Shown piece by piece: positions 1 through 9,919 of a stretch of 64,000 nucleotides of DNA. Positions within the stretch are counted from its first letter, which is position 1. Each line of letters opens with the position of its first letter. The DNA lies in NCBI GenBank assembly GCA_965140445.1, contig OZ223236.1, positions 4,224,001 to 4,288,000 on the forward strand. The letters run 5' to 3'. This DNA is from Candidatus Ozemobacteraceae bacterium. Its GTDB lineage: Bacteria > Muiribacteriota > Ozemobacteria > Ozemobacterales > Ozemobacteraceae. The notes beneath the pieces were generated by a model. The model did no database searches and was not told the origin of the DNA. It was given only the letters and a program-made list of their open reading frames with translations. The position numbers were made by a program, and so were the translations under genes.

Positions 1-1
1 G

Positions 2-436
2 ACGAACCCGGATATTGCATTCAATTCAATAATTCTTGCAGGAATTCTAAAATCTCCAGGAGGAGCAATGCTTATCTATCTGGCTTCCCTGGGTAATATT
101 CCCAAGTCTTTATACGAGTCAGCAGATCTGGACGGAGCAAACGCTGTTCAGAAATGGTGGAACATTACAGTCCCCCTTCTAAGAGGAACAACTGCATTTT
201 TGATTATCACTGGCACAATTGCTTCACTTCAGGTATTTGCTCAAGTCCTTATGCTTACCGACGGTGGTCCTGGAATTTCGACAGAGGTAGTTGTTTATAG
301 GATTTACACTTCTGCATTTAGAGATTTTGACTTTGGATTATCTTCCGCAATGGCTTTAATGCTGTTCTTTGTAATTCTGGTTGTAACAATAATTCAAAAG
401 AAAGTAACGAATAAAGATGTGGAGTACCTGGCATGA
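2..436 (+). CDS. Carbohydrate ABC transporter permease (5'-truncated by window edge)
   Basis: EAA loop 'LYESADLDGANAVQKWWNITVPLL' and hydrophobic helices; the frame is open from position 2. Confidence 0.9.
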   Translation, partial: TNPDIAFNSIILAGILKSPGGAMLIYLASLGNIPKSLYESADLDGANAVQKWWNITVPLLRGTTAFLIITGTIASLQVFAQVLMLTDGGPGISTEVVVYRIYTSAFRDFDFGLSSAMALMLFFVILVVTIIQKKVTNKDVEYLA

Positions 437-1248
437 ACAACTATAAATTTTGGAAAAATATTTCAATCATCTTCTTGTTCATTGGTTTAATAATGACTGC
501 TGGTCCATTAGTATGGATGGTATTCACAGCTTTTACTTCGCCAGAAGGTCTTGCTAAAAGTCCGCCAGAATATGGATCTTTTTCACTGGAAAACTTCAAG
601 GTTCTACTTACTGCAGGCGGAATTACCAGATGGGCTATTAACTCCTTCATTATTTCACTGGCAATCACCCTTTCGCAAACCTTTTTCAACAGCCTTGCTG
701 CATTTGGTTTTTCGGTTGGAAATTTTAGGGGTAAAGATTTTATCTTTATGATTTTGCTTGGTGCAATGATGGTTCCGGGACAAATTGTGATGCTGCCTCT
801 TTTCCTGTTCATGTCGAAGTGGAATCTAATCGACAGCCTTTGGGCAGTTGTGCTTCCAGCAATGGCTGCGCCCTTTGGAATTTATATGGTTAAGCAATAC
901 ATGGATTCTGTTCCAAATGAGCTATTGCAAGCTGCCAGAATAGATGGGGCAACCGATTTGCAAATTTATATGCAAATCTACGGGCCACTTTGCAAACCAA
1001 TTCTGGCAACTTCAGGTATTTTTGTATTTATGGCTCAATGGAACGCTTTTCTTTGGCCCCTGGTAACGTTGAATAGTGAAAGCAACTACACCTTAACAGT
1101 TGGTCTATCAACATTACAGGATCAGCAATTGATGGACTATGGATTACTTATGGCTGGCGCCACACTGGCAGCAATTCCTATGGTTCTGGTATTTCTTTAC
1201 TTCTCAAAACACTTGTTAGAAGGCATGAGAAGTGGAGCTATTAAATGA
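433..1248 (+). CDS. Carbohydrate ABC transporter permease (MalG/UgpE type)
   Basis: EAA motif 'LLQAARIDGAT', 'WNAFLWP', several TM segments; ATGA overlap with upstream permease. Confidence 0.92.
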   Translation: MNNYKFWKNISIIFLFIGLIMTAGPLVWMVFTAFTSPEGLAKSPPEYGSFSLENFKVLLTAGGITRWAINSFIISLAITLSQTFFNSLAAFGFSVGNFRGKDFIFMILLGAMMVPGQIVMLPLFLFMSKWNLIDSLWAVVLPAMAAPFGIYMVKQYMDSVPNELLQAARIDGATDLQIYMQIYGPLCKPILATSGIFVFMAQWNAFLWPLVTLNSESNYTLTVGLSTLQDQQLMDYGLLMAGATLAAIPMVLVFLYFSKHLLEGMRSGAIK

Positions 1249-2240
1249 CACATTCCGATTTTGTTAGTTTCGACTGGGGTGGCACCTCTTACAAAGGATT
1301 GCTCCTGTTGAATGAAACCAAAAAATTGGTCAGCTTTGCCGGACCATCTAAAAACATACGTCAATGCTCAGATAATGAACTTGATCAATATTGTCAAACA
1401 TTTCTCACCCAGATCAAACAACTGTCTCCACATGCTTCACTGGAAATATTTGGTGGAGTAGCTGGAGGTGGAAGTCAGCAAACCTTAAAAAAAATGGCAC
1501 TTTTTTTGGAGAAAGATCCAAACGTAGTTAGAGTTAATCTTTACCCCGATTGTATTGCTAACCTGCACGCAGCTTTCCCGGATGGCAACGGAATACTATC
1601 CATAAACGGAACCGGCTCAATTCTGGTTTACAAAAGTAATGGTGTTGCCAGAATAAATGGCGGACATGGATATTTGATCGATAAAGCGCCTTCCGGTGCT
1701 GCATATGGGCAGGCAATCATTTCTGCATTGTTAAAATTCCATGACGGGAATGAAAGTTTTACTGATGTTTTCCGGTTAGTAACCGCAAATGATAAAAATC
1801 CATGCGTAAAATCCAGAGAAACTTTGTTAGAAGAACTTTATCAAACCAAATCTCCGCAATCATTCTTGGCCAGCTTTTCTCCTTTTTTAACAGAGCTGGC
1901 ATTAACGGGTAATAAATGGGCTAACAGACAGATAGAATTGAGTCTAAATCATCTGATAGAACAAATTGCATTAATCAAAAACTCATCTCTAGAAGCTGGA
2001 CAAACCATGCAGGGAATTTGCCTTGCCGGTGGGTTATGGGATTACTACCCTCCTTTAAAAAATAAGCTCTTAGCATTAATTTGCCAGAATAAAATTGATT
2101 TAGAGATAGTTTCCGCGCCATTTAGCAATCTAATAGGACCAATTCTTGAAGGATTAAAAAATCAACCCGAAGTGAACAATATTTTTAAGAATTTTGTCGC
2201 TTTGGCAAAAGAGGAAAAGCAACATGACTTCCAACAATGA
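1245..2240 (+). CDS. BadF/BadG/BcrA/BcrD-family sugar kinase, probable GlcNAc/MurNAc kinase (MurK-like)
   Basis: 'FDWGGT', 'SINGTGS', 'GGHGYLID' motifs; adjacent to murQ. Confidence 0.75.
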   Translation: MTHSDFVSFDWGGTSYKGLLLLNETKKLVSFAGPSKNIRQCSDNELDQYCQTFLTQIKQLSPHASLEIFGGVAGGGSQQTLKKMALFLEKDPNVVRVNLYPDCIANLHAAFPDGNGILSINGTGSILVYKSNGVARINGGHGYLIDKAPSGAAYGQAIISALLKFHDGNESFTDVFRLVTANDKNPCVKSRETLLEELYQTKSPQSFLASFSPFLTELALTGNKWANRQIELSLNHLIEQIALIKNSSLEAGQTMQGICLAGGLWDYYPPLKNKLLALICQNKIDLEIVSAPFSNLIGPILEGLKNQPEVNNIFKNFVALAKEEKQHDFQQ

Positions 2241-3144
2241 TTCAAAAAAGCAACTTCCATTGACCGAGACAAGAAATCCCAGAACAATGCATATAGATAG
2301 ACTTCCAACCAGACAGCTTGTAAAAACAATTATTCAAGAAGATATGGCAATTGTATCTGCAGTAGAAGCCTGTTCAGAAAACATTTCACAGGTAGTAGAT
2401 CGATGTGTGACAAGCTTAAAAGCCGGGGGAAGAATTGTTTATATTGGCGCAGGAACCTCTGGTCGCCTTGGTGTTCTTGATGCCTCAGAATGTCCTCCAA
2501 CATTTGGAGTATCTCCTGAAACTGTCGTTGCAATCATAGCTGGTGGCGAGAAGGCAGTCACTCATGCCGCTGAAGGCGCTGAAGACGATAGAGAAGCCGG
2601 AGTTAAAGACCTGAAAGAAATAAATCTTTCCCAGGATGATTTTTTAATTGGAATAACCGCTTCCGGAACTACGCCTTACGTGGCTTCAGGTCTGGAATAT
2701 GCAAAAAGCATTGGCACTGGAACCAGCCTTTTAACCTGCAATCCTTACGGGAAGCTTCCCGAAGTTGATATTTTAATAAACCCAGTTGTTGGCCCGGAGG
2801 TTATTTCAGGTTCAACTCGCATGAAAAGCGGAACTGCATGCAAGATGGTTTTAAACATTATTTCTTCTGGGGCAATGATCAGAATAGGAAAGGTTTATGA
2901 AAACCTAATGGTAGATGTAATGGCGACGAACGAGAAACTCAGAAAACGAGCATTACGAATTGTTATGGAAGGAGCAGGAGTTCCTAATTATCAAGCAGAG
3001 GCTGCGTTAGACGAAGCCAACGGCAACACAAAACTGGCAATATTAATGGCAAGTCAGGAACTTTCGCTGGTAGAGGCCAGAAAAAGACTGGAACTTGCAA
3101 ATGGGGTTCTTTACAAGGCCCTCGGAGAGCCTGATTATGCTTAA
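2224..3144 (+). CDS. murQ: N-acetylmuramic acid 6-phosphate etherase
   Basis: 'GAGTSGRLGVLDASECPPTFG', 'GPEVISGSTRMKSGT', 'NLMVD'; start placed at the ATG after GAGG. Confidence 0.96.
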   Translation: MTSNNDSKKQLPLTETRNPRTMHIDRLPTRQLVKTIIQEDMAIVSAVEACSENISQVVDRCVTSLKAGGRIVYIGAGTSGRLGVLDASECPPTFGVSPETVVAIIAGGEKAVTHAAEGAEDDREAGVKDLKEINLSQDDFLIGITASGTTPYVASGLEYAKSIGTGTSLLTCNPYGKLPEVDILINPVVGPEVISGSTRMKSGTACKMVLNIISSGAMIRIGKVYENLMVDVMATNEKLRKRALRIVMEGAGVPNYQAEAALDEANGNTKLAILMASQELSLVEARKRLELANGVLYKALGEPDYA

Positions 3145-4705
3145 ACCATCTGTTTGGATTAGTTTTGCAATTGCCATAATTTTTCAGATTTCATTTTTTC
3201 CCGGTAGCTATGCCGGGCAAGAGCCTCTTGTCTCTGTTAGGGTTGGAGAGTTTGCCTCAGAATTTGAGTTCTCCATGCCAAATGGCGGAGAATGGCATAG
3301 TGAAAAGCTTAATGGGACCATTCCCAAAGGAACAATTTGTAAAGTTTCAGGAAAACTACTTAATGAATCTCAAAGAACCTTTCATTTAATGATTGGGTCC
3401 TGCGACCAATCAGATAAGAAAAAAATGGACGAACTTGAAAGTAAGTTTAAAGCTTCTGGCCTGGACTCCTACCAGTTTATACTTAAATCAGACCGCTCAA
3501 ATCTTCCTGGAAAAACCACCATTTTTTTTGGTGTGAGTAATTTTAATGAAATAGAGAAAGCCAGAGAAGCGCAACAGAACCTCTCTGAAAAAGGCATCTC
3601 CAGTTGGATATTTATTGAAACAAAAAAACTTTCTATGGGTGATATTCACCTCAAAATAGGAAAAAAGAACATCAATGGAAAGTTAAAAAAATTGACTCTC
3701 AAACCAAACAAAAATATAGAGATAAAAAAGGTAGAATACGCAAAGGGTTTCAGTTGGCATGGATTTGAAAACAGAACATTCCCCGGTTCTATAGACGTAT
3801 TCTGGGGAGCAGAAAATAAAATTAACACCGTCCTGAAAATACCACTGGAAAAATTTATCGCCGGAATTGTTCCATCTGAAATTTCTGCCAAAGCACCCCC
3901 TGCAGCGCTTCAAGCACAAGCTGTCGCCGCCCGTGGAGAAATGCTCTCCAAAATGGGTCTCAGACACTTTGGAGAAGGCTATGACTTTTGCACAGAGCAA
4001 CATTGCCAGGTCTATAAAGGAACAAATCCGACCGTAGAAAAAATTGCATCAATTATCAAACCAACTTCCGGACTTGTTATAAAAGCAAATAATGGCAGAA
4101 TCCTTGATGCCGTCTATGGAGCTAATTGCGGAGGCCATTCTTCTGCGAATCATATGATATGGACCTCTAACCCAGATCCTCATCTTCAGGGCGTTTTTGA
4201 TACAGTTAAAACTTCAAAACTTGATTTAACAGATGAAAAACAAGTTAAAAGTTTTATTTTACATCCACCAGCATGCTACTGTTCAAAGCCTGGCATAGAG
4301 GGTTCTGACAAATTTCGTTGGAAAAAAGTTTTCAGCAAAAAAGACCTTGGCACTCTGTCTGAAGAGCTCAAAATAGGACCAATTAAAAGGATTTCGGACT
4401 TTCAACGGGATGTTTCAGGAAGAATAGTAGGTTTGAAAATTTATGGCCAGAATGGAAGTAAAACAATATTAAAAGAGCTGCCTATAAGGCGTCTTTTTGG
4501 CATGCTAAGAAGTTCTTGTTTTGTAATTGATAGCCAAATAGATAAAACTGGAAATTTGAAACAACTGATTTTCCACGGAGCTGGTTGGGGTCATGGTGTT
4601 GGAATGTGCCAAACAGGTGCGCAAAGTATGGCCAAATTGGGTAAAAGCTATAAGGAAATCCTGGTTCATTATTTTCCAGGAGTATCATTTACAAGTTTGT
4701 ATTAA
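3137..4705 (+). CDS. SpoIID/LytB-family lytic transglycosylase with signal peptide and SPOR-like segment
   Basis: 'GIVPSEI...ALQAQAVAAR', 'CTEQHCQVY', 'GWGHGVGMCQ...ILVHYFPG'; N-terminal signal peptide. Confidence 0.88.
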   Translation: MLKPSVWISFAIAIIFQISFFPGSYAGQEPLVSVRVGEFASEFEFSMPNGGEWHSEKLNGTIPKGTICKVSGKLLNESQRTFHLMIGSCDQSDKKKMDELESKFKASGLDSYQFILKSDRSNLPGKTTIFFGVSNFNEIEKAREAQQNLSEKGISSWIFIETKKLSMGDIHLKIGKKNINGKLKKLTLKPNKNIEIKKVEYAKGFSWHGFENRTFPGSIDVFWGAENKINTVLKIPLEKFIAGIVPSEISAKAPPAALQAQAVAARGEMLSKMGLRHFGEGYDFCTEQHCQVYKGTNPTVEKIASIIKPTSGLVIKANNGRILDAVYGANCGGHSSANHMIWTSNPDPHLQGVFDTVKTSKLDLTDEKQVKSFILHPPACYCSKPGIEGSDKFRWKKVFSKKDLGTLSEELKIGPIKRISDFQRDVSGRIVGLKIYGQNGSKTILKELPIRRLFGMLRSSCFVIDSQIDKTGNLKQLIFHGAGWGHGVGMCQTGAQSMAKLGKSYKEILVHYFPGVSFTSLY

Positions 4706-4729
4706 CAAAAAACAAATCACAGTCGATAA
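4702..4729 (+). promoter_or_regulatory. Putative sigma-28-like promoter (TTAA-N16-GTCGATAA)
   Basis: Variant of the recurring GCCGATA motif, ~40 bp upstream of the small lipoprotein. Confidence 0.3.
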
Positions 4730-4762
4730 GAGAACTTGAAATTTATTTCAAGGAGTAGTCCA

Positions 4763-4933
4763 ATGAAATTAAAAAAACACATATGGCTCTTTGTTGCTGT
4801 AGCAATTGTGTTGTCACCGTTCTTTATGACTGGCTGTGGTTCGGACGATACGGAAGATGACAAAAAAGTTGGAGTCTACACTATCGGACCTGGGAATCTT
4901 GAAAAATTCCCCTCAGCGAGTGTGACTAAGTAA
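4763..4933 (+). CDS. Small lipoprotein (possibly frameshifted, see findings)
   Basis: AGGAG RBS, MKLKK + hydrophobic stretch + lipobox 'MTGC'. Confidence 0.7.
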   Translation: MKLKKHIWLFVAVAIVLSPFFMTGCGSDDTEDDKKVGVYTIGPGNLEKFPSASVTK

Positions 4934-4934
4934 A

Positions 4935-5069
4935 ATGAAATCGATTAAGAGTGATCTTACTAATATCAGTTCAAAACGTATGAAAGATCTGGAAGATCTT
5001 GTTTTTAAAACATTTGAAGCCATGAATGACCTTTCAGAAATGTTTGATCAGATGAGGAATATTCACTAG
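4935..5069 (+). CDS. 44-aa helical ORF (not in ORF track); separate peptide or frameshifted C-terminus of the upstream lipoprotein
   Basis: ATG one base after the upstream stop, MKSIKSDLTNISSKRMKDLEDLVFKTFEAMNDLSEMFDQMRNIH, ends just before the terminator. Confidence 0.45.
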   Translation: MKSIKSDLTNISSKRMKDLEDLVFKTFEAMNDLSEMFDQMRNIH

Positions 5070-5093
5070 CCTAACCAAAAATCAAAGCCAGTT

Positions 5094-5131
5094 AAAAAGC
5101 AGCCCGACCTAAAACGGTCGGGCTGCTTTTT
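5094..5131 (+). terminator. Intrinsic terminator (A/T tails on both sides)
   Basis: AAAAAGCAGCCCGACC-loop-GGTCGGGCTGCTTTTT perfect inverted repeat. Confidence 0.85.
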
Positions 5132-5194
5132 ATTTAAAATAATGAAGTCTGAGGGCTATAAATTTATCCTTAGAAGTGCTAAAATGCTTGCATT

Positions 5195-6538
5195 ATGAAT
5201 CAGTCAAATACTACCCCACAATTTTTATTAACAACTTTTGGTTGCCAGATGAATCAAGCCGATGCACAGAGGCTTAGAGGAATTCTTGCAAAACTTGGCT
5301 ATCAGGAAACTACCGATGAAAACGAAGCTCAGCTGATTCTTTTCAATACTTGTTGCGTGAGGCAGCACGCCGAACAAAGACTAATCAGCCGAATTCAATC
5401 ACTAAATAGTTTAAAGAAAAAGAAGCCGGATCTTTTAATTGGAGTTTCCGGATGTCTTGCCCAGAACAAACAGGAAAAATTAATAGATATTCTTCCACTG
5501 GTGGATCTGGTCTTTGGGCCAAATGACATAGAACAGCTTCCATTATTACTTCAAAAAGCTAAAAATGAAACAACGCTTGGGGAGTTTGTAAACAAAGGCG
5601 CGTTTGATGGAGAAGAGGCTGACGGAATAATACTAAGCAGGCCATTTTCCGCCATGGTCAATATTATTCGCGGATGCACCAACTTTTGCTCTTACTGCAT
5701 AGTTCCTTACGTAAGAGGCCCGGAGATTTCCAGACCCATAGACGAGCTGGTTGCTTTCATAACAGACCTCTCACGCAAAGGCGTTAAAGAAATTACCCTC
5801 CTCGGACAAAATGTTAATGTTTATGGCAAGGACCTTGGATTGAATGAAGGTTTTGCCCTACTCTTAGAAAAAATTGAAAATATCGATGGAATTGAATGGG
5901 TTAGATTTATGACCTCCCATCCAAGAGACTTTTCTCTGGAAGCAATAAAAAGAATTTCTGCTCTAAAGAAAGTCTGTGAGCAATTTCACCTTCCAGTGCA
6001 AGCTGGGTCAGATATTGTTTTAAAAGAAATGCGACGCGGCTACACCCGCCAAAAATATCTCGAACTAGTGGATAACGTAAGAAAATACATTCCTGAAGTA
6101 AGCATCAGCACTGATATTATCTGTGGATTTCCATCAGAAACAGAAGAAGAATTCCAAAAAACACTCAGCATCGTAGAGCAAGTTCGCTATGAATCGGCTT
6201 TCATGTATTATTATTCTCCACGAGAAGGCACAAAAGCAGCAGAATTAGAACAAATTCCTGAAAACATAAGAAAAGAAAGACTTTCCAGACTTATTGAATT
6301 ACAAAATAAAATAGGTCTCGAAGAAAGCCAAAAAACCATTGGAAAAACCTTTCAGGTTCTGGTTGAAGGAATTTCTTCTAAAAATGAAAACCGCTTGATT
6401 GGCAAAACAAGAACAGGAAGAGCAATTGATTTTGAGGGTCCTAAAGATCTGATTGGTAGATTTGTCATGGTTAAAGTCACCCAGGCAAGAATCTGGACAG
6501 TTTCAGGCGAAATGGTAGAAGGAGTAACTCAAGTTTAA
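5195..6538 (+). CDS. miaB: tRNA methylthiotransferase MiaB
   Basis: 'TFGCQMN', 'NTCCVR', radical SAM 'GCTNFCSYC', C-terminal TRAM domain. Confidence 0.95.
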   Translation: MNQSNTTPQFLLTTFGCQMNQADAQRLRGILAKLGYQETTDENEAQLILFNTCCVRQHAEQRLISRIQSLNSLKKKKPDLLIGVSGCLAQNKQEKLIDILPLVDLVFGPNDIEQLPLLLQKAKNETTLGEFVNKGAFDGEEADGIILSRPFSAMVNIIRGCTNFCSYCIVPYVRGPEISRPIDELVAFITDLSRKGVKEITLLGQNVNVYGKDLGLNEGFALLLEKIENIDGIEWVRFMTSHPRDFSLEAIKRISALKKVCEQFHLPVQAGSDIVLKEMRRGYTRQKYLELVDNVRKYIPEVSISTDIICGFPSETEEEFQKTLSIVEQVRYESAFMYYYSPREGTKAAELEQIPENIRKERLSRLIELQNKIGLEESQKTIGKTFQVLVEGISSKNENRLIGKTRTGRAIDFEGPKDLIGRFVMVKVTQARIWTVSGEMVEGVTQV

Positions 6539-7110
6539 TGTCTATTCTTCTTCATAGTTGTTGCGGTCCATGCCTTGGGGGAACATATCCCATGCTAAAA
6601 GAAAAGGCAGGAGATCAAAGAATTGCAACATTTTGGGACAATCCTAACATCCATCCGTATTTAGAATACAAAGACAGACTGGAGTCGTTTCAAAAAATGT
6701 CAAAAGAGTTCGGGTTGGAAATCTTTTATGGGGATTCCTCCTACGGACTTGATCGATTTATGACTGCATTAGCTGGAGAGTTTGGGCCCAAAAGATGTTC
6801 AATCTGTTATGAGCTAAGGCTTAATGCCCTGGCCAAAAAAGCTAGTGAGAATTCCTTTTCCAGTATTTCTACCACACTTCTGATAAGCCCTTATCAGAAT
6901 CATGAGAAATTAATTCAATCAGGTGAAAATGCTGCCAAAAAATACGGTCTGCACTTCTTCTATGCAGACTTTAGGCAAGTCTTTAAAGATACCCATAAAG
7001 CAATTGAAGAATACGAACTCTATAAACAAAAATACTGTGGATGTATTTTTAGCGAGTTTGATCGTTACAAAAATTCTCGAAAACATAAGTTGCCTGTACC
7101 AGAAAACTAA
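6538..7110 (+). CDS. queH: Epoxyqueuosine reductase QueH (DUF208)
   Basis: 'LLHSCCGPC', 'NPNIHPYLEY', 'RCSICYELRL', 'YKQKYCGC'. Confidence 0.9.
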   Translation: MSILLHSCCGPCLGGTYPMLKEKAGDQRIATFWDNPNIHPYLEYKDRLESFQKMSKEFGLEIFYGDSSYGLDRFMTALAGEFGPKRCSICYELRLNALAKKASENSFSSISTTLLISPYQNHEKLIQSGENAAKKYGLHFFYADFRQVFKDTHKAIEEYELYKQKYCGCIFSEFDRYKNSRKHKLPVPEN

Positions 7111-7171
7111 ATCCAGTCTATTTTTAACCCGTTTTAACTTTTGAAACATTTACTTTTGTAAGGATTTTATA

Positions 7172-8679
7172 ATGACAAATGGCTTACTGACAAAGAAAAG
7201 AAGAACTAATAACTGGCACAGAATCCTGCCAGCAATATTTACATTCTTTTTTCTTTGTTTTACTCTTGTTCAGACGGCTGAGGCAGCTAGTTCCCCAAGA
7301 AAAGCAACAAAAAGAACCCGGAGCCAATAGTTAGGGTAAAGCTTGGCGGTCAATACAAAACATTTTCTGTAACTTTTACTACAGGTGGAACCATAAAAGA
7401 TACGCGCGGCAGGAGGCTTAAAAGCATCCGAAAAGGCGGAACGTTCAAATGGGAAATTTCCAAAAGAAACAGGAATTACGTTAACTATAGAAACAAAACC
7501 CTGGTTTTTGAGCCAAAAGGGAAATCCCTGAAGTTAAACAACAACGAGTATAGAGGCTCTTTGAGGATTGAACTTAATTCAAAAGGTGCCAACGTTGTTA
7601 ATCATGTTGGAATTGAGGACTATTTAAGAGGTGTGGTAGGCAGTGAAATGGGCTCATTGTCTCCAGCAGAGTCTTTAAAAGCTCAAGCAGTTATAGCCCG
7701 AACCTATACCTATGCCAATAAAAACCGTCATGGAAGCAGCAATGCGGATGTGTGTAACTCAACCCACTGTCAGGTTTATTCTGGGGTTAAATCAGAAAGA
7801 GACAGCATAAACAAAGCGGTGGATTCTACTCGCGGGATAATTATGATTAGTGATGGAAAAGCAATTAGCGCACTTTACCATGCAACCTGCGGTGGCATGA
7901 CTTCAAACAATTCTGTGGTTTGGGGAGGAGCTCAAACTAAATATTTGAAAAGAGTTGCCTGTCCATTCTGCAGTAAAGCCAAAAGATACAGATGGACAGA
8001 GAAAATCAGCATCAAAGATTTAAAAGCAAAACTAATTCCTGAAAAAGTATTTTTCAATACAGTATTTGATATAGATATAGAGTCTCCAGGCCAGTTAGAC
8101 CGGGTAACCAACGTTGTTCTTTATACTGATAAAGGAATCAAAAAATTCAAAGGCACAACCTTAAGAAGAATCTTTAATCTCAATAGCACAACCTTTATAC
8201 TTGGCCAGCGTTTGGCTGTTACCCAGAAAATTTCAAAAGCTTTGCCTGAAAAAGTTTTAAAGAAAGCTCCAGCCAAGTTTGTCAGATGTGTTGGAATTGT
8301 TTATGAAGACATTCCTGACGCTCCGCCACAAATCGTCATCCAAACAGGACAAGGCTTAAAAAGAGCTCTTAAACCAGAAAAAGGTTGGAAAGCAATTTCG
8401 TGGAAAGAGAAGCTAAGAGAGATCCCTTCAACAAACCAGGAATCCACAATGACCAAACCTAAAAAACAGCCAGTGAAAATTGAAAAGGTTCAAAAACTGG
8501 CTGTGACAAAGAATTCCAAAGGAGGTATAGACTCATTTGAGATTTTTGGCCGAGGTTTTGGACATCAGGTAGGCTTATGTCAGTCTGGAGCGATAGAGCT
8601 TGGAAAACGAGGCTGGACATATCGCCAGATTCTTCCTTACTATTATTCTCACGTTGTTTTGAGAGATTTAAATTACTAA
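7172..8679 (+). pseudogene. Second SpoIID/LytB protein with a one-base frameshift near 7291-7327 (real lesion or sequencing error)
   Basis: Signal-peptide ORF from ATG 7172 stops at 7330; the other frame is open from 7291 ('EPIVRVKLG...') into ORF 7561-8679, which has 'GVVGSEM', 'LKAQAVIARTY', 'CNSTHCQVY', 'GFGHQVGLCQ'. Confidence 0.8.
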
Positions 8680-8725
8680 ATTTAAGCTCTGAAATAATTT
8701 TTTCGTAAAATTTGAAAATTTAATC

Positions 8726-8753
8726 TCAATTAAGAGCAAGATTGAGCCGATTA
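8726..8753 (+). promoter_or_regulatory. Putative sigma-28-like promoter of the pil operon (TCAA-N16-GCCGATTA)
   Basis: Intergenic match to the FliA/SigD -10 GCCGATAA, ~75 bp upstream of pilM. Confidence 0.45.
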
Positions 8754-8821
8754 AATACTGACATTCTATAAATTTACAGCTTTTACGGATTATTTCCGGG
8801 CTAACTTGGAGGAAAAAGCGT

Positions 8822-9919
8822 ATGGGTTTGTTCACCTTCGGGACAAGCAATACAGCAATTGGAATCGACATCGGCACATCTGCCGTTAAAGTCGTCCAAC
8901 TCAAAAAGACTCCTTCCGGCCCTGAACTTGTTAACTACGGGATGATGCCACTTCCACCAGATGCAATGGTAGAAGGTTCGGTTGGAGATCCCCAAACGGT
9001 TTCAGCGGTCATCAAGGAACTTTTAAAGGCACGAAAGATTAAACCGGAACGCAGTTTCGCTTCAATCTCCGGGCAAAACGTAATTATGCGCTTCACGAAG
9101 CTGCCGATTATGACGCCGGAGGAACTCGAACAGACAGTGCGGATTGAAGCTGAGCAGTATGTTCCTTACGCAATCGACGAAGTCAGTATTACCCACGCAG
9201 TACTTGACACCGTAGATGAAGACGAAGAGGGTGGCGGAAAATATTTCATCCTTTTGGTTGTGGCGCAGAAAGATCTTGTTAACTCCTACATGGGAGTTGT
9301 TAAGAGCGCCGGTATTAACCCTGAAATCATTGATGTTGACACTATCGCTGCCATCAACGCTCTTGAGAATTCATACATGCAATCTGCAAGTTCTCAAGAA
9401 GGTGGAGAGGTTGTAGCAATTATCGATGCCGGGGCAAGAACTACCAATATTTCTGTCCTCAAAGCTGGAATACTTATGTTCACGCGTAACATTCCAATCG
9501 CCGGTAATAACATCACTGAAATGATTAGAGATGTTATGAAGCAGGAATTTGACCAGGCTGAATCAATTAAGATTGAAGAAGCTGAAGTAAGTATTTCTGA
9601 CGGTGGTGGAAATGAAATTTCAGAAGTTGTGAAAACAACTGTTGAAGAACTTGCCTCAGAAATCAGACGTTCATTCGACTATTTCAAAGCGCAAACCCGT
9701 GAGCCACTTATTCACAGAATCATTCTCTCAGGCGGAAGCTCCAACTTAAGAAGCTTTAACACCTATCTAAGCAACGAACTAGGTGTTGACGTTTATATGA
9801 GCAACCCTCTTGAAGGAGTTTCTGTAACAGCCCCAGACACTGATGATCTTTACAATAACCTTCAGCAGTATACAGTCGCAATCGGACTGGCGATGAGAGG
9901 GGTGGTTGAAGATTTATGA
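8822..9919 (+). CDS. pilM: Type IV pilus assembly protein PilM
   Basis: 'IGIDIGTSAVKVVQL', 'IDAGARTT', 'EIRRSFDYF', 'AIGLAMRG'. Confidence 0.95.
   Translation: MGLFTFGTSNTAIGIDIGTSAVKVVQLKKTPSGPELVNYGMMPLPPDAMVEGSVGDPQTVSAVIKELLKARKIKPERSFASISGQNVIMRFTKLPIMTPEELEQTVRIEAEQYVPYAIDEVSITHAVLDTVDEDEEGGGKYFILLVVAQKDLVNSYMGVVKSAGINPEIIDVDTIAAINALENSYMQSASSQEGGEVVAIIDAGARTTNISVLKAGILMFTRNIPIAGNNITEMIRDVMKQEFDQAESIKIEEAEVSISDGGGNEISEVVKTTVEELASEIRRSFDYFKAQTREPLIHRIILSGGSSNLRSFNTYLSNELGVDVYMSNPLEGVSVTAPDTDDLYNNLQQYTVAIGLAMRGVVEDL

Noticed and set aside
7328..7330. Stop-codon readthrough (pyrrolysine or alternative code) at the TAG in the second SpoIID gene
   Set aside because: The continuation is in a different frame, and other genes end normally at TAG/TGA
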